64,000 bases of DNA. Source: Candidatus Latescibacterota bacterium (lineage in GTDB: Bacteria; Latescibacterota; UBA2968; UBA8231). Positions 29,168 through 38,132 of this stretch are shown here, one piece after another (position 1 is the stretch's first letter; every line of letters begins with the position of its first letter). The stretch lies in NCBI GenBank assembly GCA_965203175.1, contig OZ241867.1:1280001-1344000 (forward strand), in the 5' to 3' direction. Under the pieces are notes generated by a model. The model made no database searches. It worked only from the letters and a program-made list of their open reading frames with translations, and was not told where the DNA came from. The translations under genes were made by a program, and so were the position numbers.

Positions 29168-30910
29168 TCAATAGACCAAAGGCGCGATCGCAGTCTTGCT
29201 CTCCTTACCTGTATCTGCAGCGACTTCCACGCGCACGAGGTAGATTCCCGGCGCTAGCATTTGCCCGTTGTCGTCCGCGCCGTCCCAAACTCTCTGATAT
29301 CTTCCACCGATGTCGAGGTCGGAGTAGATCACCCTTCTGAGGCGGCCGGCGAGGTCGTAGACTTGTACCGACACCGGAGCACCGCCTGTCAGGTTAACGA
29401 TATCGTAGGTGACGATGGCTTGGTCGTTAACTCCATCGCCATTGGGCGTAAACGGAGCCGGGGCAGCCTCGAGGAAGGTGATGCGATTGTCGGCGACCCG
29501 GGTGGTGACCGACAGGTCGTCACCCCCGGCGACGGGGTCAGCGTCCACGTCTCCCGGGACGAGCGTCTGCGGCAGGTTCTGCGGTCTCTGGGTGTCGAAG
29601 ACCCTGCCGATGAAGACGGTTTTGTAGTGCAGCGCGATGCTCTCGAACACGACGCGCAGCAGTCGGTTGTCACCGGTGATCCTCGGGAAGCTGATTCGGA
29701 CGCCGACGATGTCGCCGTCGTCTTCGATGTCCTCCTTGTCCCACGCCACGTCGGTCCCGTCGATCTGGACCGATCGGATGATCTCCACCGGTGCCTGTGT
29801 CTTGATGTCGAGTTGGTCGAAGCCGCTGCTGTTGTAGCTGCGCACCCAGTAGGTCAGTTCGGTCGCCTGCCCGATCACGGCTTCCTGAGGCCACACCTCC
29901 CCCACCACGGAATCGGCCAGCGCTGGCGAGACCTCTACGGCAATCGAATCGACCGTCGCGGCCGAAAGGATGTCGCTGCTCTGGAACAGAACGCGAAACT
30001 GCCAGTACTGGCGGGGTGCAGGTGATGCGATCTGTGTACGGACTCCGGCCGGATAGGGAAGAGACCATCCGCTCCACTCTAGGCTATCGCTCGGGTCCGG
30101 CGTGTGGCCACTCCGGGTGGATACGGTAGCAGATACCTTGGCAGGTTCTCCTATCGTCTCCTTTGCCCACATTATACTGCCAAAGACGGCGGGCCGACCT
30201 TCATCGAACACCTTTGAGGTGTACGCAGCAGCAGATGTGAAACCTTCGCCGAAGATCTCAAACTCGTCAATCTCCCATTCCCCTCGAACGAGCTGTTTCA
30301 CTTCTATGAAACGCACGAACTGCAGCGGCACAGCTAGGTCGACGACCGGGTCGAGATTGCGCTCGACTGTCTTGAAGAGTCTGAGATCGGGATTTCCGGA
30401 AACGGTCTGCTGCTCCTCGCTGCCGTCGTTCAGCCTCACTAGGTAACCCTTCAGGAAGAACTCCTCAAACCCTTCGCGGGGGAAAAATCTGATCCTGTTG
30501 ACTCCGAAACGCTCGCCCAGATCAAATCTCAGTATGATTCCTGTGGCTGACGGGATCTTGATTTCGAAGGCCGTGTTCCTGCCGTCCACCATGTTGTCCA
30601 ACAAGTTCTCGAATTCACTCTGGGTGACTTCGAGGACCGTGCGCGCATTTGGCGACGTTATTTGCCCCCCCCTTTCGATCAACTTCAGGGAAATGTTGTC
30701 TTCAGGATCGTTCTGTAAAGGTTGAATGGAACCGGGGTTGGTTTCGAAATCGATGACCGCTATCTCGGAATACTCCTGATCCCAGGCGCGGGAACCCGGG
30801 CCACCTCCGAAGATGATCGTCTCTCCATTGCCTGTCGCCGCAAGTCCGAGGAGAACAATGGATAAAACGGGCAGGGCCACTGCTCTATGAGGTGATGTCC
30901 CGACTGGCAT
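29168..30910 (-). CDS. Secreted discoidin/Ig-like protein with FTPNGDGVND + FlgD-Ig domain (family member 3, subtype B)
   Basis: Signal peptide from ATG 30910 (AGGAG upstream); RFDLGERFGVNRIRF; STRSG..WSGWS; PFTPNGDGVND; ends APLVY. Confidence 0.78.
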   Translation of the reverse strand: MPVGTSPHRAVALPVLSIVLLGLAATGNGETIIFGGGPGSRAWDQEYSEIAVIDFETNPGSIQPLQNDPEDNISLKLIERGGQITSPNARTVLEVTQSEFENLLDNMVDGRNTAFEIKIPSATGIILRFDLGERFGVNRIRFFPREGFEEFFLKGYLVRLNDGSEEQQTVSGNPDLRLFKTVERNLDPVVDLAVPLQFVRFIEVKQLVRGEWEIDEFEIFGEGFTSAAAYTSKVFDEGRPAVFGSIMWAKETIGEPAKVSATVSTRSGHTPDPSDSLEWSGWSLPYPAGVRTQIASPAPRQYWQFRVLFQSSDILSAATVDSIAVEVSPALADSVVGEVWPQEAVIGQATELTYWVRSYNSSGFDQLDIKTQAPVEIIRSVQIDGTDVAWDKEDIEDDGDIVGVRISFPRITGDNRLLRVVFESIALHYKTVFIGRVFDTQRPQNLPQTLVPGDVDADPVAGGDDLSVTTRVADNRITFLEAAPAPFTPNGDGVNDQAIVTYDIVNLTGGAPVSVQVYDLAGRLRRVIYSDLDIGGRYQRVWDGADDNGQMLAPGIYLVRVEVAADTGKESKTAIAPLVY

Positions 30911-30929
30911 TGCCAAGCACTGGCTCCTG

Positions 30930-33704
30930 TTAGTAGGCGACGTGCACCAATCGATGGACCGAGGTGTTCTTCTTGGATGTCGAATCCACATCTAGGTCGA
31001 TGCGCATCAGATAAATCCCCGGTGGCACGATCTCTCCCGACTGATCAACTCCCGTCCACGCCACCGTATGACGACCCGCCGTTATAGTCTCCTCAGCTAT
31101 CCGCGTCACCAGTCGGCCGCTCAGATCGTACACTGCCACCTGAACCGGCGCCGAGCTGAGCACTCGCAGCAGCGAAAAACTGACCTCCAGTTCGTCGTTG
31201 ACGCCGTCGCCGTTGGGCGTAAAAACGCGATCGACCTGTAGATCCCCCAGCAACTCGCCGCGCTCCAGCGCCAACACCACCGTCGTCTCGCTGTCCACAA
31301 CCCCGTTGGCATCGCCGTCATCCACCCGCTGCCACGAGTTTTCGAACGCCGAGTTCCCCATGGAGCCGATGAAAAACGTGTTGAACCTGAATATGGTCGC
31401 CTCAAACTGAAGCTCCACCAGCGCTGATCCACTCGTCGTCTTGATTGCAGCTGGCAGACGCACCCACAGCGAATCCGTCTCCATCACCACCTCAAACCCC
31501 TCGCTCTCCGCCGTATACGTCACGGCGTCCTGCCCCGTCACGTTTACACTCACCTGTTTCAGCTTCATGCCAACGTCGTCGGGTGCCTCGATGAGGATCT
31601 CGTCGAACCCCCTGCTGCCCGATTTGAAGGTCGAACGAATGAAATACGACATTTGCTGCTTCGTGCCTATCTCCTCCAGCCGCGAGGGCAGCACCTCGCC
31701 CACGATCGCGCCAGCCACCGGCGTCACGAAGTTCAGCGCCACCGAACGTAGCGTGGCCGCCGCCTTAGGGTCTTCTGTCAGGAAGATCGCCCTGATGGCG
31801 ACGAACCGTCTGGGACTGGGCGAGGTAATCTTTGCGCCTGAATCGAAGTAGGGCTGACTCCAGCTACTCCAGTCATCGCCCGGGAGCGTCTCGGTTCTGA
31901 CCGGGCCCACCGAAGCTTCCCCGAAGAACTTCTTGTCCGTCTCCCAGGCCTTGGCCGCCTCCTCTTCGGTGCCTGGGAATTCATCCCCGTTCTTCTTGTA
32001 GTAGCGGGTTATGCTCTCGACCGTATCGCCGGTTCGGGTTTGCAAGATTAGATCCGCACCCGGCGGCACGTCGGCCTCCCACTCGATGGTAGCTAGGTTC
32101 TGAGGGGTCCGCGCCACTTCTATGAACGGAGCCTCCCCTCCGAACTCAGACGAGATCTGCGACTCCGGCAGGAACCCTTCCCCGAAAAACTGGACCTCCG
32201 ACACCCCGTGACTCCCTTGTCCGGGCTCGTACGTGGAGCGGTCGTGGAGCCTATAGGTAAAGGCAAAATGCTCGACCTTCGTGAGCGGGAACTTGAAGTC
32301 GTGGAAATTCTGCCCCCGCACGATGTCGCTGAGCGACCCCACCGTCTTCCAGGCCAGTTCGCCGCCAGCATTGGTGGAGCCGTCCGAGAGCTGAATGCGA
32401 TAGGCTCTGAACGGAGGTGGGTTGGGGAGGGCGTGGAGTATTCTGATATTGTCCACAAAGTAGGAGCCTCCGAGATCTATGAACATTGAGCGCTCCGCAT
32501 CCCGCGGATCCGCAATCGGCAACTTGTTGGGATCGTAACTCCCGTTGGCAGACCAGAACACGACCTCGCCGAAGAGGTCTCCATCTACCACGGCCGCCCC
32601 CTTGTTGATATTCTCCCGGGCGGTCACCTTGCCGCCCCGCTCCAGTACGCCTGTGCCGATGTTGTCGCCGATGGTCCAGACCTCGATCTCGGCCAGCCTG
32701 GGTATTTCGCGGCGGTAGTAAACTACCGGCCCCTGCCTCTCCGTGCCTGCCAGAGCTTCCCAATCCTCTTTCCCATCCAGCAACCTCACCTCCCCCGATG
32801 CCTCTCGTCGGAAGTAGTCTATCTCTCCCTGTTGGTCGGCCGGCAGACTATCGTATTCGGATTGGGAAACCTGCCTCGCCCTGCCGAAGTCGCTGTCCGT
32901 GATCCCCACCCCGACGTATTGGATGACGTCGCCGGTGAAGTCGCCCCGGGCATCGGGCCACTTCGTCGGTAGCTGTTTGGTCAGATCGATCTCGAAAACC
33001 CGCTCGTTCTTGATCGGTTTGTCCGTGGTGAAGCGCGTCCGGAAAAGGAGCTGACCGAGCGTTTTCTGTCCCTGTGAAGTGATCACCTTGAACTGCAGAA
33101 AAGGGTCTCCCAGATCTTCACTGACAAACTTGAGGACGATCCTAGTGGCCGATACCGTCCGCCCCAGATCGATCTGCACCCACCAGTCCCGCAACAGGTC
33201 GGAGGGGTCCGGTTCCCAGAAGGTGTCCATCCTGCCATCCATGAGGTCGATGCCGCTCGAGCGATTGGATCCGGCATTCAACACACCGCCGCCGAAATCG
33301 ACGGCATTGAGGACGGCGTTGATGCCGGGAACGACGACTTCCTCGCCATCTATTTCCAGTCTCGTGTGCTTGCGGATGAAGGCAGGTTTCACTCCCTCAT
33401 TGCTGATCTGGACCGTGTTGGCAGCGGAGTGCCAGTGTTCCCAATGCGCCCTGGAATCGACGACCACTCTGCCCGAATCCAGCGAATACCCCTCCTGTCC
33501 CCAGCACAGACATACCGCCGACAGCGTCAACGCGGAACAGACGAGTGCCGTGCGGAGGGGATCTGTTAGCCGTTGAGCGCCGACCCATCCCCGCTCGCGG
33601 TGATCCCTACCTACGCCGACTCGGGTTCTTGTCGAGTTCAGCAATAGCGCCGATGAGCGCACTTCTCTCTCCTTATCTCGCTCCCGAGCTTGCGCCCCGC
33701 TCAT
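30930..33704 (-). CDS. Secreted discoidin/Ig-like protein with FTPNGDGVND + FlgD-Ig domain (family member 4, subtype A)
   Basis: Paralogue of 18793-21078 (GGG..AGSN..DG..T.W.P..DLGR.V.A); QTRTG..DWSSWS; VFTPNGDGVND; ends VHVAY; start uncertain (the 33749 ORF start lies inside the terminator). Confidence 0.75.
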   Translation of the reverse strand: MSGAQARERDKEREVRSSALLLNSTRTRVGVGRDHRERGWVGAQRLTDPLRTALVCSALTLSAVCLCWGQEGYSLDSGRVVVDSRAHWEHWHSAANTVQISNEGVKPAFIRKHTRLEIDGEEVVVPGINAVLNAVDFGGGVLNAGSNRSSGIDLMDGRMDTFWEPDPSDLLRDWWVQIDLGRTVSATRIVLKFVSEDLGDPFLQFKVITSQGQKTLGQLLFRTRFTTDKPIKNERVFEIDLTKQLPTKWPDARGDFTGDVIQYVGVGITDSDFGRARQVSQSEYDSLPADQQGEIDYFRREASGEVRLLDGKEDWEALAGTERQGPVVYYRREIPRLAEIEVWTIGDNIGTGVLERGGKVTARENINKGAAVVDGDLFGEVVFWSANGSYDPNKLPIADPRDAERSMFIDLGGSYFVDNIRILHALPNPPPFRAYRIQLSDGSTNAGGELAWKTVGSLSDIVRGQNFHDFKFPLTKVEHFAFTYRLHDRSTYEPGQGSHGVSEVQFFGEGFLPESQISSEFGGEAPFIEVARTPQNLATIEWEADVPPGADLILQTRTGDTVESITRYYKKNGDEFPGTEEEAAKAWETDKKFFGEASVGPVRTETLPGDDWSSWSQPYFDSGAKITSPSPRRFVAIRAIFLTEDPKAAATLRSVALNFVTPVAGAIVGEVLPSRLEEIGTKQQMSYFIRSTFKSGSRGFDEILIEAPDDVGMKLKQVSVNVTGQDAVTYTAESEGFEVVMETDSLWVRLPAAIKTTSGSALVELQFEATIFRFNTFFIGSMGNSAFENSWQRVDDGDANGVVDSETTVVLALERGELLGDLQVDRVFTPNGDGVNDELEVSFSLLRVLSSAPVQVAVYDLSGRLVTRIAEETITAGRHTVAWTGVDQSGEIVPPGIYLMRIDLDVDSTSKKNTSVHRLVHVAY

Positions 33705-33727
33705 GTCGGAAACGCCGTTGAGCACCG

Positions 33728-33765
33728 AAAAAAGGGGGGCGAGGATCAACGATCTCGCCCCCCTT
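33728..33765 (-). terminator. Intrinsic terminator after the first gene of the operon
   Basis: Minus strand GGGGGGCGAGATC-GTT-GATCCTCGCCCCCC followed by TTTTTT. Confidence 0.8.
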
Positions 33766-33805
33766 CAACAACAGCCGTCCTGGGTCCTTACAGCCGACCT
33801 TCCCC

Positions 33806-34714
33806 CTATTTGGAGAAACTCGCCTTAATGCGGCCCCAGGTGTCGTCCTCGACCGCTGTGGCGTCGGACACCCAGTTGTTTGCGTCAAAACCAAGTAGCA
33901 CGTAGTCTACCAGGGAATCGGCGTGGAAGTACATGTTGATGTCGCCAGTGGAAACCCAGTAGCCGTTGTACGAATCGCCTGGGCCATTGTCATCGTCCTG
34001 AATGGCCATGCCGATGCCCATGACCTGGCCTTCCTCCAGGTTATGGGTAATCAGGTCGGGATCGTCGGGACCGGTCGAACTGGCGGGCAGGTCGTCGAAG
34101 GTGGTGAACCAACTCTCCTGAAAGAGAGTGGCGGGTCCACCGGCCTCGCCCTCGACGTTCCATCTGATGCCGGCGTAAGGCTCTACAGAGGCCCATACTC
34201 CGCCGCCCCATAACCACAGGTTGTTGTCCGGGTTATTGAGCGACTGCTGCCAGTCCTGCGCGGTGGCCCCGGCCCATCGCTCCGGATCCAGGCCTTCAAT
34301 GTCTCCTTGGAACTGCCCGCCGCTGTGGTCGGCATCGATCACGAGCTCGAGTTTGTCGTTGGTGGCGTCGAGGGTGCCGTACCAGAGGTCGTCGAACCTT
34401 TCCTCCATGACGTACACAAAGTTGGTCTCTGGGCTCCAGCCGACGATGATGCGCTCGGCAAGATTGCCTGGATCCGGGTCACCCTGGGTGCCCGTGACGA
34501 CCTCGATTAGGTCATCTTGGGTTACCCAGAAGACAGACGGTACGTTGTCCCAATCGCCGAGATCACCGTCTACCACGACGTCCCTGATTCCATCGACGTC
34601 GATGGGCACCTGTACCGCCGCCCAGTTCCGGTCTGTCCGCTGGTGGGCCGAACTCGGAGTGAAGGAAGCGAGAACGAGGCCCAAAACGGTAGCTATAACA
34701 ATAATCCTCTTCAC
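33806..34714 (-). CDS. Secreted acidic CBM9-like protein with C-terminal TAVEDDTWGRIK tail
   Basis: AAAAGGAG RBS; signal peptide; VVDGDLGDW, IIVGW..VYV..DD, ELVIDADHSGG (shared with 7079-8149); ends ATAVEDDTWGRIKASFSK. Confidence 0.75.
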   Translation of the reverse strand: MKRIIVIATVLGLVLASFTPSSAHQRTDRNWAAVQVPIDVDGIRDVVVDGDLGDWDNVPSVFWVTQDDLIEVVTGTQGDPDPGNLAERIIVGWSPETNFVYVMEERFDDLWYGTLDATNDKLELVIDADHSGGQFQGDIEGLDPERWAGATAQDWQQSLNNPDNNLWLWGGGVWASVEPYAGIRWNVEGEAGGPATLFQESWFTTFDDLPASSTGPDDPDLITHNLEEGQVMGIGMAIQDDDNGPGDSYNGYWVSTGDINMYFHADSLVDYVLLGFDANNWVSDATAVEDDTWGRIKASFSK

Positions 34715-34890
34715 TGTTGCTTCTCCTTTTGTCTATAGAATGATGACTACTACTACATTTGCGTTGATTCTGAAATGCGGGCTTTCCCTCAACACCTCCT
34801 TTCAGCGCACCATTCGCTCAGCGAGCGAGAGCAAACGGGAACTGGTGATTTTGCGCAAACCCGGTTCTAACTGAAAAGCGATTTGACTTT

Positions 34891-34919
34891 AATATGGGAA
34901 ATTATGCCCGGAAATCCAA
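34891..34919 (-). promoter_or_regulatory. Putative sigma70-like promoter of the 34714-24698 operon
   Basis: TTGGAT-N17-CATATT on the minus strand in an AT-rich spacer. Confidence 0.45.
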
Positions 34920-35266
34920 GGAAAACTTCCAGCATGTTGATGCCCCAACTTCGAGACCGACCTGACGGGTGATGTCCTTAAAGCGTCCCCGCCCCTCGTT
35001 GCCGTAGAGCGCGTTGCTACGAGGCATTATAAGCACTAGCGAGGGTATTCATTTAACCGGACCTATGGTATCTTATGTAGGAGCGCAGAACATGAGACGG
35101 CGAATGCTCCATCTGGCATTGCTGGCGTGGGCTTCGTCGAGGGTGTGGTGGTCAAGGGGCACACTATCAGGGACATCACGGTCGATCTATCCGGCGACAC
35201 GGCGGTGGAGGACGAAGCCCAGTCGCTGCTGCCTCCTCACTTGGGTAGTTCTTTCTTAAGGCGTAG

Positions 35267-36700
35267 ATGATGCAAACACAAACGGGGCGAGTCGTTAAGT
35301 GGTCTAGAAAAACCACCATATTCATTGAAATCCTTTTGGTTCTTATCCCCTTTCTGCTGTTTATAGGACTAGAGATCTATTTGCGGCATAATAATTACGG
35401 CCTTGATGACAGGCTATTTATCCCTCAAAGCTCTTCTCTTACTTACCAACTTAATCAGGAGTTGTACCGAAAATATTATTCAATTAACAATCCAATGCTT
35501 AAACAGCTAATTCCCAAGATAAGCATGAAACAGCAGAAATCCGAAAAGGATTTTCGCATCGTTTGTCTTGGGGGATCAACGACAAGAGGGCCGTTTCCCA
35601 AGCTACTTCACGAATTATTAAAACGTTCCAACGCGGATAAAACGGTAGAAGTGGTTAACCTAGGAATAGATACCTTTAATAGTTATCAGGTTCTCGACTT
35701 CGCGAAAAAACTGCCTCAGTACGATCCCGACCTTTTGATCATTTACATGGGACATAACGAAATTTATGGACCACTTGGTGTTGCATCGAATGTGGCATTG
35801 GGCACGTCTCGCGAAGTAATCAATCTGATTTTGCGATTACGCGAAATTAAGGTATTCCAGCTAGCAAACAACTTTTACGCAAAATTAAGAGCACGTCCTA
35901 ATGGATTTGAAAAGGAAGGATCGCCATATAAGATGATGGTAAACAGTTCTCTTGCCCCGCATCATCCTCTACGGGAGCAAGCCATTGAGAATTTCAGGGG
36001 AAATCTCCACGAGATTATCTCTATTGCAAATCGCCATCAAGTCCCTGTGATTTTAGGGACTATCGTTTCCAATCTTCGAGATTGGCACCCCTTTGATTCA
36101 GAACCGCCGCCAGCGTCCCTCGATGTTACCCAATGGCAACAGTTATTAAAGAATGGCAAGGCTGCGTTTGAACAAAATCATCTGGAAGAGGCGGAACGCA
36201 TCTACCAAGCAGCAATTGAACTTTTCCCAGATCACGCCCAAACTCATTTTGATCTAGGTCATGTTTACCTTGCCCAAGGACATCAAGATAAAGCCAAACG
36301 ATCCTTCACAGGAGCAAGAGACTTGGATATCTTACCGATCAGAGCCCCATCAGAGGTAAACGAAACCATAAAAAGTGTTGCCAAGGAAACAGACATCATA
36401 TTAGCAGACCTTGAAATCGTATTTCAAGATTACGATCCCAAGAGTGTGATTGGCAAACCAATGATTGTTGAACACCTGCATCCTTCAAATGAAGGATATT
36501 ATTTAATCGCAAGCCACCTAGCCAACGTCATTTTTAAAGAAGGGTTTTTGACGGCGAGTAAAAGATTGGATTTTGATGATCCATCGTTAAAAAGGGAATT
36601 GGATATAGGGGCGCTAGATGAAGGGGCCCTTGTTCGACTCAGACATATGTTGAAGATATGGCCATTTAATATCAACAATGAAGGTTATCAATATCCTTGA
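35267..36700 (+). CDS. Membrane-anchored SGNH/GDSL hydrolase with TPR; AT-rich
   Basis: N-terminal TM helix; LGGSTT (block I), YMGHNE (block III), EHLHP (block V); TPR A..LFPDHA..HF.LG..Y. Confidence 0.82.
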   Translation: MMQTQTGRVVKWSRKTTIFIEILLVLIPFLLFIGLEIYLRHNNYGLDDRLFIPQSSSLTYQLNQELYRKYYSINNPMLKQLIPKISMKQQKSEKDFRIVCLGGSTTRGPFPKLLHELLKRSNADKTVEVVNLGIDTFNSYQVLDFAKKLPQYDPDLLIIYMGHNEIYGPLGVASNVALGTSREVINLILRLREIKVFQLANNFYAKLRARPNGFEKEGSPYKMMVNSSLAPHHPLREQAIENFRGNLHEIISIANRHQVPVILGTIVSNLRDWHPFDSEPPPASLDVTQWQQLLKNGKAAFEQNHLEEAERIYQAAIELFPDHAQTHFDLGHVYLAQGHQDKAKRSFTGARDLDILPIRAPSEVNETIKSVAKETDIILADLEIVFQDYDPKSVIGKPMIVEHLHPSNEGYYLIASHLANVIFKEGFLTASKRLDFDDPSLKRELDIGALDEGALVRLRHMLKIWPFNINNEGYQYP

Positions 36701-36736
36701 AGTTAAAAGAAAATTTCCGCTAGGATATGTCTGCGC

Positions 36737-38116
36737 TCATTCCTGCCCGTTGCAGACGCGAAAAGAATACAGGTTCGTAGCCTCGAGTTCGAAACGCAGT
36801 TGCACGACTCGCCCCGTGAGTTCGCTCAGGTCGCTGCGCCCACCCCAGTCCATGAGGGCTCCCGTCTCGTCGCCGCAGAACGGGGTGCACTGCACAGCGG
36901 CAAACCCGGGAATGGGTCGCCCCTGTTCATCTTCGATCTGCACCCTGACCCCGCCGCTGCTGTCTGTTGAAGGGTCAGGACTCGGGCCACTGGTGGCCGC
37001 GTTCAGCCGCAGTTGGCTCCCGTTCCAGGTAAAGGGACGGGTAAGGACATATCCCGGACTTGTGGCATCGAGAGAGCAGAAGCCATCTAGGCGAATGGTG
37101 GCTAGGCCGATGCGCCCGTCGTGGTCGGCGGCCGGGGCATTGTGCGGCACGGTAAAGCCGGAGTAGAACAACCACAGCCGTCCGTTTCTCTCCACCGGTG
37201 CCGAAACGGGATAGATCTGCGCGTGATCGAAGGCACCGCCCCGGTACTCGTTGGTCGGTACCAGATGCATGAACAGCTTGCGGTCGGCCGTGCGGTCCCA
37301 GTGCAGGCCGTCGCGACTGGAGACCAGTTGCATATCCAGCGTCTGGGGGTATGTGTGGTACACCCACAGAACGCCCAGGTACTGGCCTGCATGGGGAAAG
37401 GCGGACAGCCCGTAGAACTGGGTGTCGGGAGGGTCAAAGGCGTCGGGTGCCAGCACGCGGCGGGTCCCGCTCCAGTGCAGGAAATCCTCGCTCACCATGC
37501 GCGAGACCATGCGGATCGGCCGGGCCGGCGTCCTCGCCTTGTGATACAGCCAGTACTCACCCGACGCCGGATCGCGCATGACGCTGAAGGTATCGCCCGT
37601 CGCCCGGCGGGGCACGACCGGGCTGTCTTCCCACGGCCGCCAGCGGACGCCGTCTGCGGAAAAAGCCGCGTGGATTCCGTCGCCCGTCGGCGTCCAGTAG
37701 AGCAGTTTGTAGCGCCTTTCGGCATCCCTTTCCGCCGAGTCCTTCAGGACGCAGTGGGTCCACTCCACGTCGCGGAGAAGGATGTTGTTGGCCGTCGATC
37801 CATCGAACTCCTCCAGCCCGAGTTCCGGCTTGTCCCAGTTGGCGCCGTCCGACGACGTGGCGTAGCAGAGGTTCTTCCCGGCATCCGGTCTGTCCCGGCT
37901 CGGCTGAGCGTTGTACCACATCTTGAAGCACCCATCCTCCTCGTCCCAGATGACCGTCCCCGGCTGCAGGACCAGATATCCCTCCCAGGGCCGGTCGGGT
38001 ATGAGCACAGGGTTGGCTTCGTGTCTGGCCGGGTGATGGACCGAGCGCCAGACGTTCTCCGTTTGCGCCAGCATTGCGTCGTCGCAGAAAATCTGCGTCC
38101 CAACGTGTTGGGGCAT
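36737..38116 (-). CDS. Five-bladed beta-propeller glycosidase-like protein (GH32/43/130 superfamily)
   Basis: NPVL.PD.PWE, FKMWY, CYATS.DG.NW.KPELG, S.DG+.W repeats, RLDGF.SL..G...T.PF, LRF.L....LYSF. Confidence 0.72.
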   Translation of the reverse strand: MPQHVGTQIFCDDAMLAQTENVWRSVHHPARHEANPVLIPDRPWEGYLVLQPGTVIWDEEDGCFKMWYNAQPSRDRPDAGKNLCYATSSDGANWDKPELGLEEFDGSTANNILLRDVEWTHCVLKDSAERDAERRYKLLYWTPTGDGIHAAFSADGVRWRPWEDSPVVPRRATGDTFSVMRDPASGEYWLYHKARTPARPIRMVSRMVSEDFLHWSGTRRVLAPDAFDPPDTQFYGLSAFPHAGQYLGVLWVYHTYPQTLDMQLVSSRDGLHWDRTADRKLFMHLVPTNEYRGGAFDHAQIYPVSAPVERNGRLWLFYSGFTVPHNAPAADHDGRIGLATIRLDGFCSLDATSPGYVLTRPFTWNGSQLRLNAATSGPSPDPSTDSSGGVRVQIEDEQGRPIPGFAAVQCTPFCGDETGALMDWGGRSDLSELTGRVVQLRFELEATNLYSFRVCNGQE

Positions 38117-38132
38117 CGGATGGCCTCCTTTC

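Noticed and set aside
35014-35259. 81-aa ORF in the divergent spacer
   Set aside because: No RBS or motif support; probably intergenic or decayed DNA.
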